Below, one piece after another: positions 26,802 through 36,718 of a stretch of DNA of 64,000 nt. Position 1 is the first letter of the stretch. Every line of letters starts with the position of its first letter. Source of the stretch: a virus (Duplodnaviria > Caudoviricetes). The notes under the pieces are model-generated. The model worked only from the letters and a program-made list of their open reading frames with translations, was not told where the DNA came from and ran no database searches. Made by a program: the position numbers and the translations under genes. The stretch lies in IMG/VR virus record IMGVR_UViG_3300046318_000439, positions 138,273 through 202,272 of that record. The stretch is one strand, 5' to 3'.

Positions 26802-27494
26802 TTATTTGTTACTACCAATACGGGCAATGTTCAAAAACTCACGACGCACTTCTGAATCGGGAGCTGAGAACAGACCACGGGTTGATAATGTAACAGTTGA
26901 TGAGCCTGTGTCTTGAATGCCACGGCTCTTGACGCAGTAGTGGGCAGCGTCAATGTATACAGCGACGTGTTCTGTCTCTGTAATAAATGCAATTGCTTCA
27001 CAGATCTGCTCTGTTAGACGTTCTTGCACTTGTGGGCGCTTTGCAAAGAATTCTACAATACGGTTTAGCTTAGATAAGCCAAGAACCTTCTTGGTTGGAA
27101 TATATGCAACAGTCGCCAACCCATCAATAACTACAAAGTGGTGTTCGCAGTTAGATTGGACGTTAACATTACGCTCAAGAACAAATGAATGGTTGTAATC
27201 CATTTTGTTTTCGATCGTAGTGCATTTTGGGAACTTTGTGTAATCAAGACCCCAGAAGATTTCGTTGACATACATTTTCGCTACACGGTTAGGGGTATCT
27301 TCCAAAGAGTCATCATTTAAGTCAAGACCAAGAGTATCCATAATCTGTTTGAATAATGGAGCAATCTCTGCAATCTTATCTTCTGATGGACGGAGAACTT
27401 TATTAGTGATAGGCGTTTCCAAGCCTTTTGATAATAAATGTTGGTGAACGCGCAAACCAAGTTCTGCATTCGCTTTATGCACTGGATGTGACAT
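26802..27494 (-). CDS. folE: GTP cyclohydrolase I
   Basis: DTPNRVAKMY, SNCEHH, GLSKLNRIV, RPQVQERLT, HYCVKSRG. Confidence 0.97.
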   Translation of the reverse strand: MSHPVHKANAELGLRVHQHLLSKGLETPITNKVLRPSEDKIAEIAPLFKQIMDTLGLDLNDDSLEDTPNRVAKMYVNEIFWGLDYTKFPKCTTIENKMDYNHSFVLERNVNVQSNCEHHFVVIDGLATVAYIPTKKVLGLSKLNRIVEFFAKRPQVQERLTEQICEAIAFITETEHVAVYIDAAHYCVKSRGIQDTGSSTVTLSTRGLFSAPDSEVRREFLNIARIGSNK

Positions 27495-27592
27495 AGATTG
27501 TATTTCCTTTCAGGTTGTCGGTGGAAAGGTCAAGGACCACCAGAATGATTTCTGGTATACTACTTATAAAAAAATAGCACCACTTGGATGCC

Positions 27593-27621
27593 ATTTTATA
27601 TCTTTAAATGTCTAAAGTCAA
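27593..27621 (-). promoter_or_regulatory. sigma70-type promoter upstream of folE
   Basis: TTGACT-17 nt-TAAAAT. Confidence 0.7.
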
Positions 27622-27637
27622 CTATCAGTTGTAATGA

Positions 27638-27961
27638 TTATGCACATTGTTTTTCCATTTCAGCATACCATGCTTCTTGCTCACGTTTACGCTCATCATC
27701 AAGCCACTTAGCGCGCTGAGCAAGCTCAGGATCAGTCTCCTCTATTACCCAACCCTGCTCTCGTAAATGCTCACGACCTTGGAAGGTCTGCTTGAGTTCG
27801 TCCATTTCATTATGGATTCGTTGAATCTGACCCTCAAGAAACTCTTGATCGTTCCATTGCTCATTACTCACCCAACGAGGACGGAATCCATAAAAGTCTT
27901 TATGGAAATCGCTAAATTCACATTGGAGCTTTTCTACTACTGTAAAATCATCCCAAGACAT
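27638..27961 (-). CDS. hypothetical protein (likely start MSWDDF)
   Basis: SD GAGAGG upstream; SDFHKDFYGFRPR motif. Confidence 0.7.
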   Translation of the reverse strand: MSWDDFTVVEKLQCEFSDFHKDFYGFRPRWVSNEQWNDQEFLEGQIQRIHNEMDELKQTFQGREHLREQGWVIEETDPELAQRAKWLDDERKREQEAWYAEMEKQCA

Positions 27962-27991
27962 TTCAAAACCTCTCTCAATTAACATATAACC

Positions 27992-28020
27992 ATTATCCGG
28001 TTTTATTAATAAAAGGTCAA
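27992..28020 (-). promoter_or_regulatory. sigma70-type promoter
   Basis: TTGACC-17 nt-GATAAT. Confidence 0.65.
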
Positions 28021-28055
28021 CAGCTAAAATAACGTGTAAATATTGGGTAGGATAC

Positions 28056-28081
28056 AAAAACAGCCCACATAAAATGGGCTG
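28056..28081 (-). terminator. rho-independent terminator after the PRTase gene
   Basis: CAGCCCA...TGGGCTG followed by TTTTT. Confidence 0.75.
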
Positions 28082-28104
28082 TATAATGTTATTTTAAATC
28101 TAAT

Positions 28105-28578
28105 TTAGGTCGGAGTTGAGGGGGTTGAGGTTGAACCTGGATCAGATTCCCACCAAAAATGTACCCATTCTTTATATGACTCACGACTAATAGTGGTACC
28201 ACAATAATCTGGCTTGATGCTTTGGTCTTTGTTATAAATCATAACAGCAATACCAACCTTATCTCGGCCGCAGCCCCAATCTTCTAACAACTCTTTCATT
28301 GTACGGCCAGAATCTAAAATATCATCTACTAACAACACATTCTTGCCTTCAGCAATATCTTCCGCGATATCTAATGCCGATTCCCTCATTTGATCGCTAT
28401 GAAAAGTTGACCACGACACTGTACGCATTGGAATACCTAAACGATGCGATAGATACACAGCAGGAATTGCACCGCCTCTCACAATACCGACAACGTAGTC
28501 GTAAAACTTACCAGAACCAGTAATTTGATGTACCAATGAGTCTGCATCTTGTTTGAATTGATTATATGAATAATACAT
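28105..28578 (-). CDS. type I phosphoribosyltransferase (Gpt/xanthine-guanine PRT-like)
   Basis: GIVRGG, VLLVDDILDSGRTM PRPP loop, WVHFWWE. Confidence 0.88.
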   Translation of the reverse strand: MYYSYNQFKQDADSLVHQITGSGKFYDYVVGIVRGGAIPAVYLSHRLGIPMRTVSWSTFHSDQMRESALDIAEDIAEGKNVLLVDDILDSGRTMKELLEDWGCGRDKVGIAVMIYNKDQSIKPDYCGTTISRESYKEWVHFWWESDPGSTSTPSTPT

Positions 28579-28579
28579 T

Positions 28580-29461
28580 TTATTTTCCTATCACGTTACC
28601 GAACACGTAACAATGATTACGTGTAGCTACATTAAATCCTCGTTTCATTGCTTCAATACTAATCTTAGCAACTTGTTCATCTTCTTGTTGATCTTTCGTA
28701 GCACCAACTGGCATCACCCAGAAGTCTACTGGAAGTGAAGAAGCAGCGTAGATATCTTTTACAGCTTGATCTACTTCAGCCCAGCATGCATCTGTTCCAT
28801 TAACCACAAACTTAACCACATGCGTGTAGCCAGCCTTAATATAAGAAGCAATCACTTCAGGCTTCACAGCATCTTTCTCACCAGACACCGTAAACAGTTT
28901 AGGCGACATTGCGAAGTGGAAATCAATTCCAGAATAATGAATCATCTCTTCCATCGCTGGAGTAATCTCTTTAGTGGCATTGGTCTCAATTGTAATCAGC
29001 TTAGGCATGTTATCACGCTTCTTAAGCTCTTCTACGACAGCAATCATAGCCTTCTGCCACATCATTGGCTCGCCACCAGTAAAACACAATTGTGTGTCAA
29101 TTCCTGTAATAGGATGAACCCATTTACCTTCTGGATTAGTTTCATGCTTAAGCATGTCAATCAACTTATTGCCAACTTCTTCTTCATTATTGTCTTGTAC
29201 TAAATGCTTATACTTGGCTGACCAGGAGTAAGAAGAGTCACATCCATGCTTCCATACTGGCAAGTCTTCAATACGATTAACAGTACTGATATCAAACGTT
29301 GCATATGGTAAGATGTATGTTTCTGGATTGGTAGGATCCGATTGTCCGAATCCATTACATTCTAGGTTACATCCAAAGAATCGAATCCAAGCACTAGGCT
29401 TGCCAGCATATAATGCCTCACCTTGGAAACTATAAAACATTTCTGATATTCTAATTTTCAT
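28580..29461 (-). CDS. queE: 7-carboxy-7-deazaguanine synthase (QueE-like radical SAM)
   Basis: ISEMFYSFQGEA, WIRFFGCNLECNGFG...CDS, FTGGEP, ETN, SPK. Confidence 0.85.
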   Translation of the reverse strand: MKIRISEMFYSFQGEALYAGKPSAWIRFFGCNLECNGFGQSDPTNPETYILPYATFDISTVNRIEDLPVWKHGCDSSYSWSAKYKHLVQDNNEEEVGNKLIDMLKHETNPEGKWVHPITGIDTQLCFTGGEPMMWQKAMIAVVEELKKRDNMPKLITIETNATKEITPAMEEMIHYSGIDFHFAMSPKLFTVSGEKDAVKPEVIASYIKAGYTHVVKFVVNGTDACWAEVDQAVKDIYAASSLPVDFWVMPVGATKDQQEDEQVAKISIEAMKRGFNVATRNHCYVFGNVIGK

Positions 29462-29727
29462 TTAATAAACCACCTAAAGATGCCGATCATGTCGACAATA
29501 ATAAAAAATGCATTCTGTAAGAGCATAGGATAGTCTTTTAGCTTGCTAAAGACAACGACTAAAAGTATATGAGCAAAAAGGAATGATACAAACCCCCACC
29601 GCGATATCTCTATATTAAGAGCTAACACGCCTCCAGAAAATATGAAGAGAGTTGTTGCTATCCATTTAAATAGTACCGTCCAGTTTAACTGGAGGTAGGT
29701 CTGAAGGCTTGTAATATACTTCACCAC
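29458..29727 (-). CDS. small 3-TM membrane protein
   Basis: Three hydrophobic segments; start overlaps the def stop, and its stop overlaps the queE start. Confidence 0.6.
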   Translation of the reverse strand: MVKYITSLQTYLQLNWTVLFKWIATTLFIFSGGVLALNIEISRWGFVSFLFAHILLVVVFSKLKDYPMLLQNAFFIIVDMIGIFRWFIK

Positions 29728-30223
29728 GTTTCGTTTGCCTGTCTAATTGTTTCTTTTGGTTCCATGCTCGATTGAGGTGCGGAACTGATGCACGCTTAGT
29801 AAAGATGATACCATCCAAATGATCCATCTCATGTAAGAACCCTCTAGCTGTCATGCCAATAAACTTTTCCGTATGAGTATCACCATAACAATCCTCATAA
29901 CGAACTTTAATTACCTTAGGGCGCTTTATTTTAATGAATAAATTTGGAAAAGTCAAGCAACCTTCATCCAATAAAACCATTTCAGATGTTTGGTCAATGA
30001 TACGAGGATTAAAACACACCAACGGTTCTGCTGACCATAAAGCAAATACACGGTATGGAAGACCGCATTGGTTGGCAGACAGTCCTAGACCTTTGTTGTC
30101 CTTCATCGTTTCGATTAGATCGTTGGCCAGTTGTATAGGATCAGTAGGAGGATTAGAAAAGTCAAAATCTTCCATCTCTTGATACAGCAGCTTGTCTGTA
30201 GTTGGTTTAATTTGTAATATCAT
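29666..30223 (-). CDS. def: peptide deformylase
   Basis: GLGLSANQ, EGCL, HEMDHL. Confidence 0.95.
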   Translation of the reverse strand: MILQIKPTTDKLLYQEMEDFDFSNPPTDPIQLANDLIETMKDNKGLGLSANQCGLPYRVFALWSAEPLVCFNPRIIDQTSEMVLLDEGCLTFPNLFIKIKRPKVIKVRYEDCYGDTHTEKFIGMTARGFLHEMDHLDGIIFTKRASVPHLNRAWNQKKQLDRQTKRGEVYYKPSDLPPVKLDGTI

Positions 30224-30280
30224 TATGCAATCCGACTAAAGTTGTTTTTAATATATATGTTCATAAAGGAGACCTTTTAT

Positions 30281-30925
30281 ATGATAATGGATAAAATAAT
30301 TAAATTCAACAAGCACTCGTCTAATAAAAAACAGATGGATGATCTAGGCATTGAAGATAAAAATGGTATTTACGAGCTGCCAGTATCTATTTTTTTAGAT
30401 AAATTTCCTTGTTCAAACATAGTTAAGTTGAATTGTATATGCATGTCATGCAACACCACATACAGTCTCGCTGTCAGTGACTACACGAGAAAAAAACACA
30501 AAAACTACTGTTCCATATGTCTAAAGACAAAGATTCTTACTGGACCAGCCGCTTCTCAATATGGTAAACATCATAATGCTGGAAAACAAAAAACAGAAGA
30601 ACATAAGATGAAAATGAAAGGCCCTCGCGACAACATGAAGGGACATTTAAATCCAAACTGGAATCCTAATACTCCAGCGTTTAAGAGATATAAGAATAGA
30701 GTTCACCAACTTTCAAACCGAACATACTACCGTCACCAACTAATTATCAACCCCTGCAACCATCCTCGAACTCTAGCAGGTGTGGAAGGAGGATGGCAGC
30801 TTGATCACATAATCTCAGTGAAAGAATGTTATAAGCTAGGATTGAGTGAAGAACAAGCATCGGCTCTAGAAAATTTACAGATGTTACCATGGAAAACCAA
30901 TTTATTGAAATCAACTACCCGTTGA
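30281..30925 (+). mobile_element. HNH homing endonuclease, inverted orientation
   Basis: CxxC motifs, NUMOD-like basic repeat, LDHIIS...NLQMLPWKTNLLKS; SD AAGGAG before the ATG at 30281. Confidence 0.75.
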
Positions 30926-32635
30926 AGCAATACGGCTAAAGTTTTTATGTTTTTCAAACTTTATGGTATGCTCAAACTTGTCCGCTAGCTGATCGCCTTT
31001 ATGACTTATGATGAATGTATTAGTGTCGCTTGTTAAACCATTTAATATTTTTAAGAATTCATCTGTGCCAGACGAGTCTAATGAACTATCGAATACTTCG
31101 TCCATAATGAGAAGATTAGTAGAAGCACTATTACGAAGCTTAGCAACAGCTCTCCAAGCAAATAGGAGGGCCAAGTCAATGCGCATCTTTTCACCTTCTG
31201 AAAAACTATCGTAAGTAAATTCATCTCTAAACCTCGATTTAATTGTCTCTTCAAAATTCTCGTTTAGCTCAAAGCTAACGAAGAAGTCCATTGCTGCAAG
31301 ATACTTGTTAATTAATTTATTAATAATTGGAACATACTGTTTAATAATTTTAGTCTTAATACCAGAATCTTTCAACAGCACAGCGGCAATATCAAATACT
31401 TGTTTATCTTTTGACAGTGTTTCTTTATCTGCAATTGCTGTCTTTAAATCTTCTTTAAGCTGTTTGATCTCTTCGTTATTAGCATCAATGTGTTTAGTAT
31501 TTGCTCCAATATCTTCTATTTCTTTGTTGATCTGAGTCACAAATGTAGACCAAGTTCTAATCTGTACTAGAAGATCAGACACTTCACGGTTGCGTGCAGT
31601 AATAGTAGATGATATCTTAGCAATCTCAGACAAACGCTCATTGATGCCAGTTAACTCTTCAGCTATCTGCTGCTTACCTCGTTCAATCTCAGCTACTTGA
31701 TTATTATTAGTCTCAAGGATTGATGTTTTGTGAGTGTGTTCAATGCCCTGGCGGCATGTAGGACAATCGTCGTGCGATTCGAAGAATGTAATATCTTTTT
31801 TAATCTTATCTAAACGATTATCTACTTTTCTAGCAAGGTCTTGTACAGTATCTAACTTCTTACGTACCTTGTCTTGATCGACGACCGTCTCGGATAACTT
31901 TTCAATCTCAGAACTAATCTCAGCCACTTTACCATTAGCAGCTGTAATGTCATCGTTTACTTTTTGTAATTGTTCATTCTTTTGTTTGATTAATTCATCA
32001 TTATTCTGCTTCAATGATTCGATATGCTTCTTATGCATTTCGATCTTTTCCGCACTACCTTTGATCTTGTAGTCAACGTCAGTGGCTTTAATCCTATTGT
32101 ATGCAATCTTATCCTTTAGGATAGAATTCATTGTAGAGAATATTTGGATATCGAGCAGATCTTCTACAATTTCTCTACGATGAGATGTAGGCAGCTGCAT
32201 AAAAGGAACAAAGGAAGCTGAACCGAGAATAACAATCTGCGCAAAAGACTTTTGGTTTAGCTTGAGAATTTGACTCTCAAGCATCTCTTGATATTCTTTA
32301 GCATCAGCGTTTTGATCTAATAGATTGCCTTCGCTGTAGATTTCAAATACATTAGGTTTGATGCCACGAACTACTTTGTAATTCTTTTTACCAATGGAAA
32401 ACTCTAACTCTACGACAGTACCTTTACCGTTGATTGTGTTGATTAGTTGATTCTTATTTACTTTTCTAAATGGCTTGCCATACAAACCAAAAGACAAGGC
32501 ATCTAATATGGTAGACTTACCAGCTCCATTCTCACCAACAATCAATACAGTCTTATAACTATCGAATACAATCTCAGTGAATGTATTTCCAGTACTTAAC
32601 AAGTTCTTCCAACGGATACTTTTAAAGTATATCAC
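30911..32635 (-). CDS. gp46: recombination endonuclease ATPase subunit (Rad50/SbcC-like)
   Basis: GENGAGKS, CPTC hook, FSEGEK signature, LIMDEVFDSSLD, ISH. Confidence 0.96.
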   Translation of the reverse strand: MIYFKSIRWKNLLSTGNTFTEIVFDSYKTVLIVGENGAGKSTILDALSFGLYGKPFRKVNKNQLINTINGKGTVVELEFSIGKKNYKVVRGIKPNVFEIYSEGNLLDQNADAKEYQEMLESQILKLNQKSFAQIVILGSASFVPFMQLPTSHRREIVEDLLDIQIFSTMNSILKDKIAYNRIKATDVDYKIKGSAEKIEMHKKHIESLKQNNDELIKQKNEQLQKVNDDITAANGKVAEISSEIEKLSETVVDQDKVRKKLDTVQDLARKVDNRLDKIKKDITFFESHDDCPTCRQGIEHTHKTSILETNNNQVAEIERGKQQIAEELTGINERLSEIAKISSTITARNREVSDLLVQIRTWSTFVTQINKEIEDIGANTKHIDANNEEIKQLKEDLKTAIADKETLSKDKQVFDIAAVLLKDSGIKTKIIKQYVPIINKLINKYLAAMDFFVSFELNENFEETIKSRFRDEFTYDSFSEGEKMRIDLALLFAWRAVAKLRNSASTNLLIMDEVFDSSLDSSGTDEFLKILNGLTSDTNTFIISHKGDQLADKFEHTIKFEKHKNFSRIASTGS

Positions 32636-32638
32636 TAA

Positions 32639-33700
32639 TTACTCCACGCTTAATGCTTCATGATAAAGAGTTCTAATTAAATTATCAAGCCTTTGACGAT
32701 CACCTTGAATTTGCATTTGATCGACATACTTGTTAAGAATAGTAAGCGTATCCTCTGCTTCATTCACAATATCATCATCGGCTTCTAAATCGAGGTGGAA
32801 GTGATCCTCCACAACCTGCATATCAAGAACGCCAGCCTTTTCGAGTTTATCCACATACATATCAAACCAATGCGGATTTGTTTTATTACGAACGATGATC
32901 TTTACAATTGTGCCTCTGTACTGCTCAAAGTTTACATTCAATACATCGTCCATACTCCCTACGGCATCATCGTAGTGGACCTTATGGAACATTACGTTAG
33001 GATTAGGAACAAACGTCAATTGTTTTGTATCTGTATCGAATATATGGAACCCTTTAAGGTCATTGAAATCAGACCATGTTATCTCATATGGTGTTCCGAG
33101 ATACTGAATATTCTTGTGCGATGATTTGTGGTGGAAGTGACCAGACAATACCATAGGATGTTTTGCAAATGCGTCCATTGGCATACCTTCATCACAAACA
33201 GCGCCACGATACATTTCGAAACCAGCAATCTCAAAATGTCCAATTATAACATCAGCGCTTGTTGACGCAATAGCATCTAAGCATTGCTTCTCGTTAGCTT
33301 GACAAATCCATGGAACCATTAAGAATTTACAATCTTCAAATTGTATTTCCGTTGGGTCCTCATATACACTAACGTTACTATACTCTTTCAGTAGTAACGT
33401 CAATGAGTTAACTTCGTTTGTATTTTTGTAGTAGGTGTCATGGTTGCCAATAATAACACGACATGTGATGTTCTGCTTAACCATTGGATCGAAGAAATAA
33501 TCTCGACACGACTTCAGTGTCTGAAAGTTAATATATTTTCTTCGGTCGAATACATCTCCCATTTGTATTACATTTGTAATACCGTGTTCTTTTAAGTATG
33601 GAAAGAATATATCGTTATAAAACTTCTCGAAAAATGCATGGAAATGAGGGCTATCATTCCTCGCACCAAAGTGCGTATCTCCTAATACAGCAACTAACAT
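32639..33700 (-). CDS. gp47: recombination endonuclease nuclease subunit (Mre11/SbcD-like)
   Basis: GDTHFG, MGDVFD, GNHD, GHFE, SGHFH. Confidence 0.96.
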   Translation of the reverse strand: MLVAVLGDTHFGARNDSPHFHAFFEKFYNDIFFPYLKEHGITNVIQMGDVFDRRKYINFQTLKSCRDYFFDPMVKQNITCRVIIGNHDTYYKNTNEVNSLTLLLKEYSNVSVYEDPTEIQFEDCKFLMVPWICQANEKQCLDAIASTSADVIIGHFEIAGFEMYRGAVCDEGMPMDAFAKHPMVLSGHFHHKSSHKNIQYLGTPYEITWSDFNDLKGFHIFDTDTKQLTFVPNPNVMFHKVHYDDAVGSMDDVLNVNFEQYRGTIVKIIVRNKTNPHWFDMYVDKLEKAGVLDMQVVEDHFHLDLEADDDIVNEAEDTLTILNKYVDQMQIQGDRQRLDNLIRTLYHEALSVE

Positions 33701-33703
33701 TAA

Positions 33704-34309
33704 TTATTCCTCAGGATCAAGTTTGGGTACGTCTAGCTCTATATCTTCTATGTCTTCTACGTTTGCCCCTTCATCCTCTAGGAAATTTTCAATTCCTTTT
33801 TTTCTTTTCTTTTTCTTTGTTATTAGATTATCTTCGAAGTTTTTAATAAAATCGAACATATTCTCATTACCTAAATCTACATAAGCTGGTGTAATATCCT
33901 TCTCATCAAACTCACTCTGTTCAATCAATTCGTTGAGAATCATACTATTTTCTAAACTCTTATGCTTAATGTATAATTGTTTCTTCTCTTTTAGAATACG
34001 ACGTAAAAAAGCATAGTAGATAATCTGCGTAAAGTATGCAAAAGGATTAGTCGATTTAAGAGGATCAAAATTATCAATGTAGCAGATACAGTTCTCTACT
34101 CCATCCGAAATCATTTCTTCTCTGTAAGAGTAGTTGACGAAGTTTGGTTTTGTAGATAGTCTATTTGCAATCATAAGAATGCATGCTCCTACATAATTAG
34201 GAATCTGAGGACGCGGCGCACCCTTTTCCCTAGCTTCTAAAACCTTCTGTCTGTATTCAACTATGCAAGCATATAACTGCTTGTTGTCAACATAGTGCGT
34301 AACCATCAA
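33704..34309 (-). CDS. gp55: late sigma factor
   Basis: HYVDNK, PNFVNYSYREEMISDG, NPFAYFTQIIYYAFLRRI. Confidence 0.96.
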   Translation of the reverse strand: MMVTHYVDNKQLYACIVEYRQKVLEAREKGAPRPQIPNYVGACILMIANRLSTKPNFVNYSYREEMISDGVENCICYIDNFDPLKSTNPFAYFTQIIYYAFLRRILKEKKQLYIKHKSLENSMILNELIEQSEFDEKDITPAYVDLGNENMFDFIKNFEDNLITKKKKRKKGIENFLEDEGANVEDIEDIELDVPKLDPEE

Positions 34310-34332
34310 TACTCCTTAACATAAACGACTTA

Positions 34333-34361
34333 ATAATATAACATTATAGTAGAAAAGTCAA
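34333..34361 (-). promoter_or_regulatory. sigma70-type promoter for gp55
   Basis: TTGACT-17 nt-TATTAT. Confidence 0.7.
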
Positions 34362-34766
34362 CTAATTTAGTGGACCCTTAAAATTCATTCTCTCTAATAG
34401 AGCTCGATACGCGTCGGTAATTTCGTCTCCATCATCTAGATCTTTATCCATTCCCACTGCTTGCATTAGCTCTTGCTCAACGTTCTCGTCGATTACTTCT
34501 TTATAATTATACAAAGCGTGCTGATAATATTCAGCCATGGCTGGTCTTGGTTCGGCGATGTGCAACAAATCTTTCTTATTAAACGTGAAGATTTGTTCAG
34601 CAGAAAAAGGCATGTAACGACTGACACTTACTGTTGGCATTGGTTGTGTAGCTACCAATCTATAGTTTATCTGTAAAGGGTCTTCTAGTGTAATCATCGT
34701 CTTTAAGTCTTCTTTAACATTGCCAATCACTTCTTGTCCATTTTGTAATTTTATTAGTGCTAGCAT
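34362..34766 (-). CDS. Sm-like fold protein downstream of uvsW
   Basis: IKLQNGQEVIG; conserved position in T4-like phages. Confidence 0.65.
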   Translation of the reverse strand: MLALIKLQNGQEVIGNVKEDLKTMITLEDPLQINYRLVATQPMPTVSVSRYMPFSAEQIFTFNKKDLLHIAEPRPAMAEYYQHALYNYKEVIDENVEQELMQAVGMDKDLDDGDEITDAYRALLERMNFKGPLN

Positions 34767-34767
34767 G

Positions 34768-36228
34768 CTATCCTTTCAGCTTAACGGTGTAGATTTTATA
34801 TTCAAATTGTTCCTCACCATATATCTTAATACGTTCAGCAAAATGCGTCAGTGTATGATTCTTGTGTGTCTTCCATGATAGGTCATCGGCAATATCATAC
34901 AACGATGCTGCTGTCTTGGTATCACTTTTGCGAAGTCCTCTACCAATCGATTGTAGATTTCTAATCCTCGATTTAGAAGGGCTAGCAAATATAATATTAT
35001 GTAGGTTTTTAATATTGACGCCTGTAGAGAATGTGCCATATGATGCAATGATGATCATATCGTTATTCTTTTCTGCTACTTGTCTAACTTCTTCTCTGAC
35101 TAAAGAATCCACTTCTCCGTGCACCAATACTACATTTCTTCCAGTTGTAGAAAACATATCATTTAATACCTTGCCATGTTTCTCTACGAACTGATACAGT
35201 ATCAACGTATTACCTTTCAAAGACAACGCTAAATTCTTGATAAATCTGTTTCTTCCTTCGTGTCTTACAATCCAATCAATCTCGTCTTGATAAGTTGCTT
35301 TCTTTAAGGCTTCTCTTTCTTGATCTGAATATTTAAGCACTATACACTTAATATCGAAGTTAGCAAGATGTTTCTGTTCGATTAGCTCTGCTGTAGTTGT
35401 AACACGTTTTACGACGCCAAATAACCCTTCTAATACGAGCTTGTGGGTTTGGGTTCCATCTAATGTTCCCGTGAATCCAAATCTATAATCACAATCGAGC
35501 ATTTTATTTAATATACCCGTAAGACTAGTTGCTTTGAATAAGTGAGCCTCATCTCCTACCACGCATGAGAATTGTTCAAACCATTTCTTTGGCATCTTGT
35601 ATATTGACTGCCACGTAGATACAATAACGCGTTTATCAGTATCAATATCATAACCATACATGATCTTATGAGCCATGTTTTTTAAATAATCGCTGTTTGT
35701 ATAAGAGGCGAAATCGGAGACCATTTGATGGACAAGAGATGTTGTTGGAACTACAATTAATGCTTTACCTTTTGTCTGCATCATAGCATAACAAATTAGC
35801 AAAAATATAGTAAAGGATTTACCAGATGCGGTAGGGGATAATAAGAGGGCTCTCTTGTTCCTTACAGCGTGAACAAAAGCTTCTATTTGATAGTCTCTAG
35901 GCTCCATGGTCAATTCTAATTTAGACATGAATTGACGAGCCTCTTCTATGGAAAACTCTTCTGCAGAAAAGTCAGTTAAATAACCAACTTCATAATTGCG
36001 TTCTTTAGCAAATGCCTCAATGTAATGATTGAGGCCACCATATATTAGATGCGTTCCAGTATTGAAAAGTCTAACTTTACCGTCCCACCTTCTTGCCTTT
36101 ACGGCAGGAATAAATCTAGCGCCTGGAACTTGGAAGGTAAAATACTCTCCTAACTCATATCCTATAGAAGTGTCGCAATGTATTTTGTTGTATACTGAAT
36201 TATACTTCTCGATTGTTATGTCAGCCAT
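34768..36228 (-). CDS. uvsW: SF2 DNA helicase UvsW
   Basis: PRDYQ, SPTASGKS, GDEAH, GFTGT, QSIGRGLR. Confidence 0.96.
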   Translation of the reverse strand: MADITIEKYNSVYNKIHCDTSIGYELGEYFTFQVPGARFIPAVKARRWDGKVRLFNTGTHLIYGGLNHYIEAFAKERNYEVGYLTDFSAEEFSIEEARQFMSKLELTMEPRDYQIEAFVHAVRNKRALLLSPTASGKSFTIFLLICYAMMQTKGKALIVVPTTSLVHQMVSDFASYTNSDYLKNMAHKIMYGYDIDTDKRVIVSTWQSIYKMPKKWFEQFSCVVGDEAHLFKATSLTGILNKMLDCDYRFGFTGTLDGTQTHKLVLEGLFGVVKRVTTTAELIEQKHLANFDIKCIVLKYSDQEREALKKATYQDEIDWIVRHEGRNRFIKNLALSLKGNTLILYQFVEKHGKVLNDMFSTTGRNVVLVHGEVDSLVREEVRQVAEKNNDMIIIASYGTFSTGVNIKNLHNIIFASPSKSRIRNLQSIGRGLRKSDTKTAASLYDIADDLSWKTHKNHTLTHFAERIKIYGEEQFEYKIYTVKLKG

Positions 36229-36662
36229 TAGCCACCCATTTTAAACTTCTCCCAGTCGATTGCCCCTTTAATTTGATAACCTCGGGTGACTAAGCTTTTG
36301 ATAATAGCTTCTACGAAATCGACTTTCTCTTTTTGCATCTCGATTCGTAGGGCATAACTTTGAACAACAGGATCCGCTTCAATATACATTGGGATATCCG
36401 TTCTGAGAATTTTGAGGGGGTTTGGTTCCCACTCACGCGTCTTTAATGTTTCTTCTGAAATGTTACCATTATACCACTCATACTTATCGCGGTAAAGTTG
36501 TTTATATTCTGCTTCTAGTTTACGAAGCGTTATACGCTCTTGTGAAAATACCTTAAAGTATTTAGAGTGTAGTAGAGGAATGCGAAGAGACTCTTCCCCT
36601 AGTTCAGTTCGGTCAATCTGAGCATCACGCTCCCACATCAATTGTATTTCATCAAGTTTCAT
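36228..36662 (-). CDS. uvsY: recombination mediator UvsY
   Basis: IPLLHSKY, size and position before uvsW. Confidence 0.9.
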   Translation of the reverse strand: MKLDEIQLMWERDAQIDRTELGEESLRIPLLHSKYFKVFSQERITLRKLEAEYKQLYRDKYEWYNGNISEETLKTREWEPNPLKILRTDIPMYIEADPVVQSYALRIEMQKEKVDFVEAIIKSLVTRGYQIKGAIDWEKFKMGG

Positions 36663-36718
36663 AAAAAAAGTTTCTTTAGATAAAGGTTATAACCAATTAT
36701 CTTACATTTTAATTCTTA

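Noticed and set aside
6705-29461. Complete queuosine or preQ0 pathway
   Set aside because: No QueC, QueF or QueA in the window; they could be elsewhere in the genome, so the end product cannot be asserted
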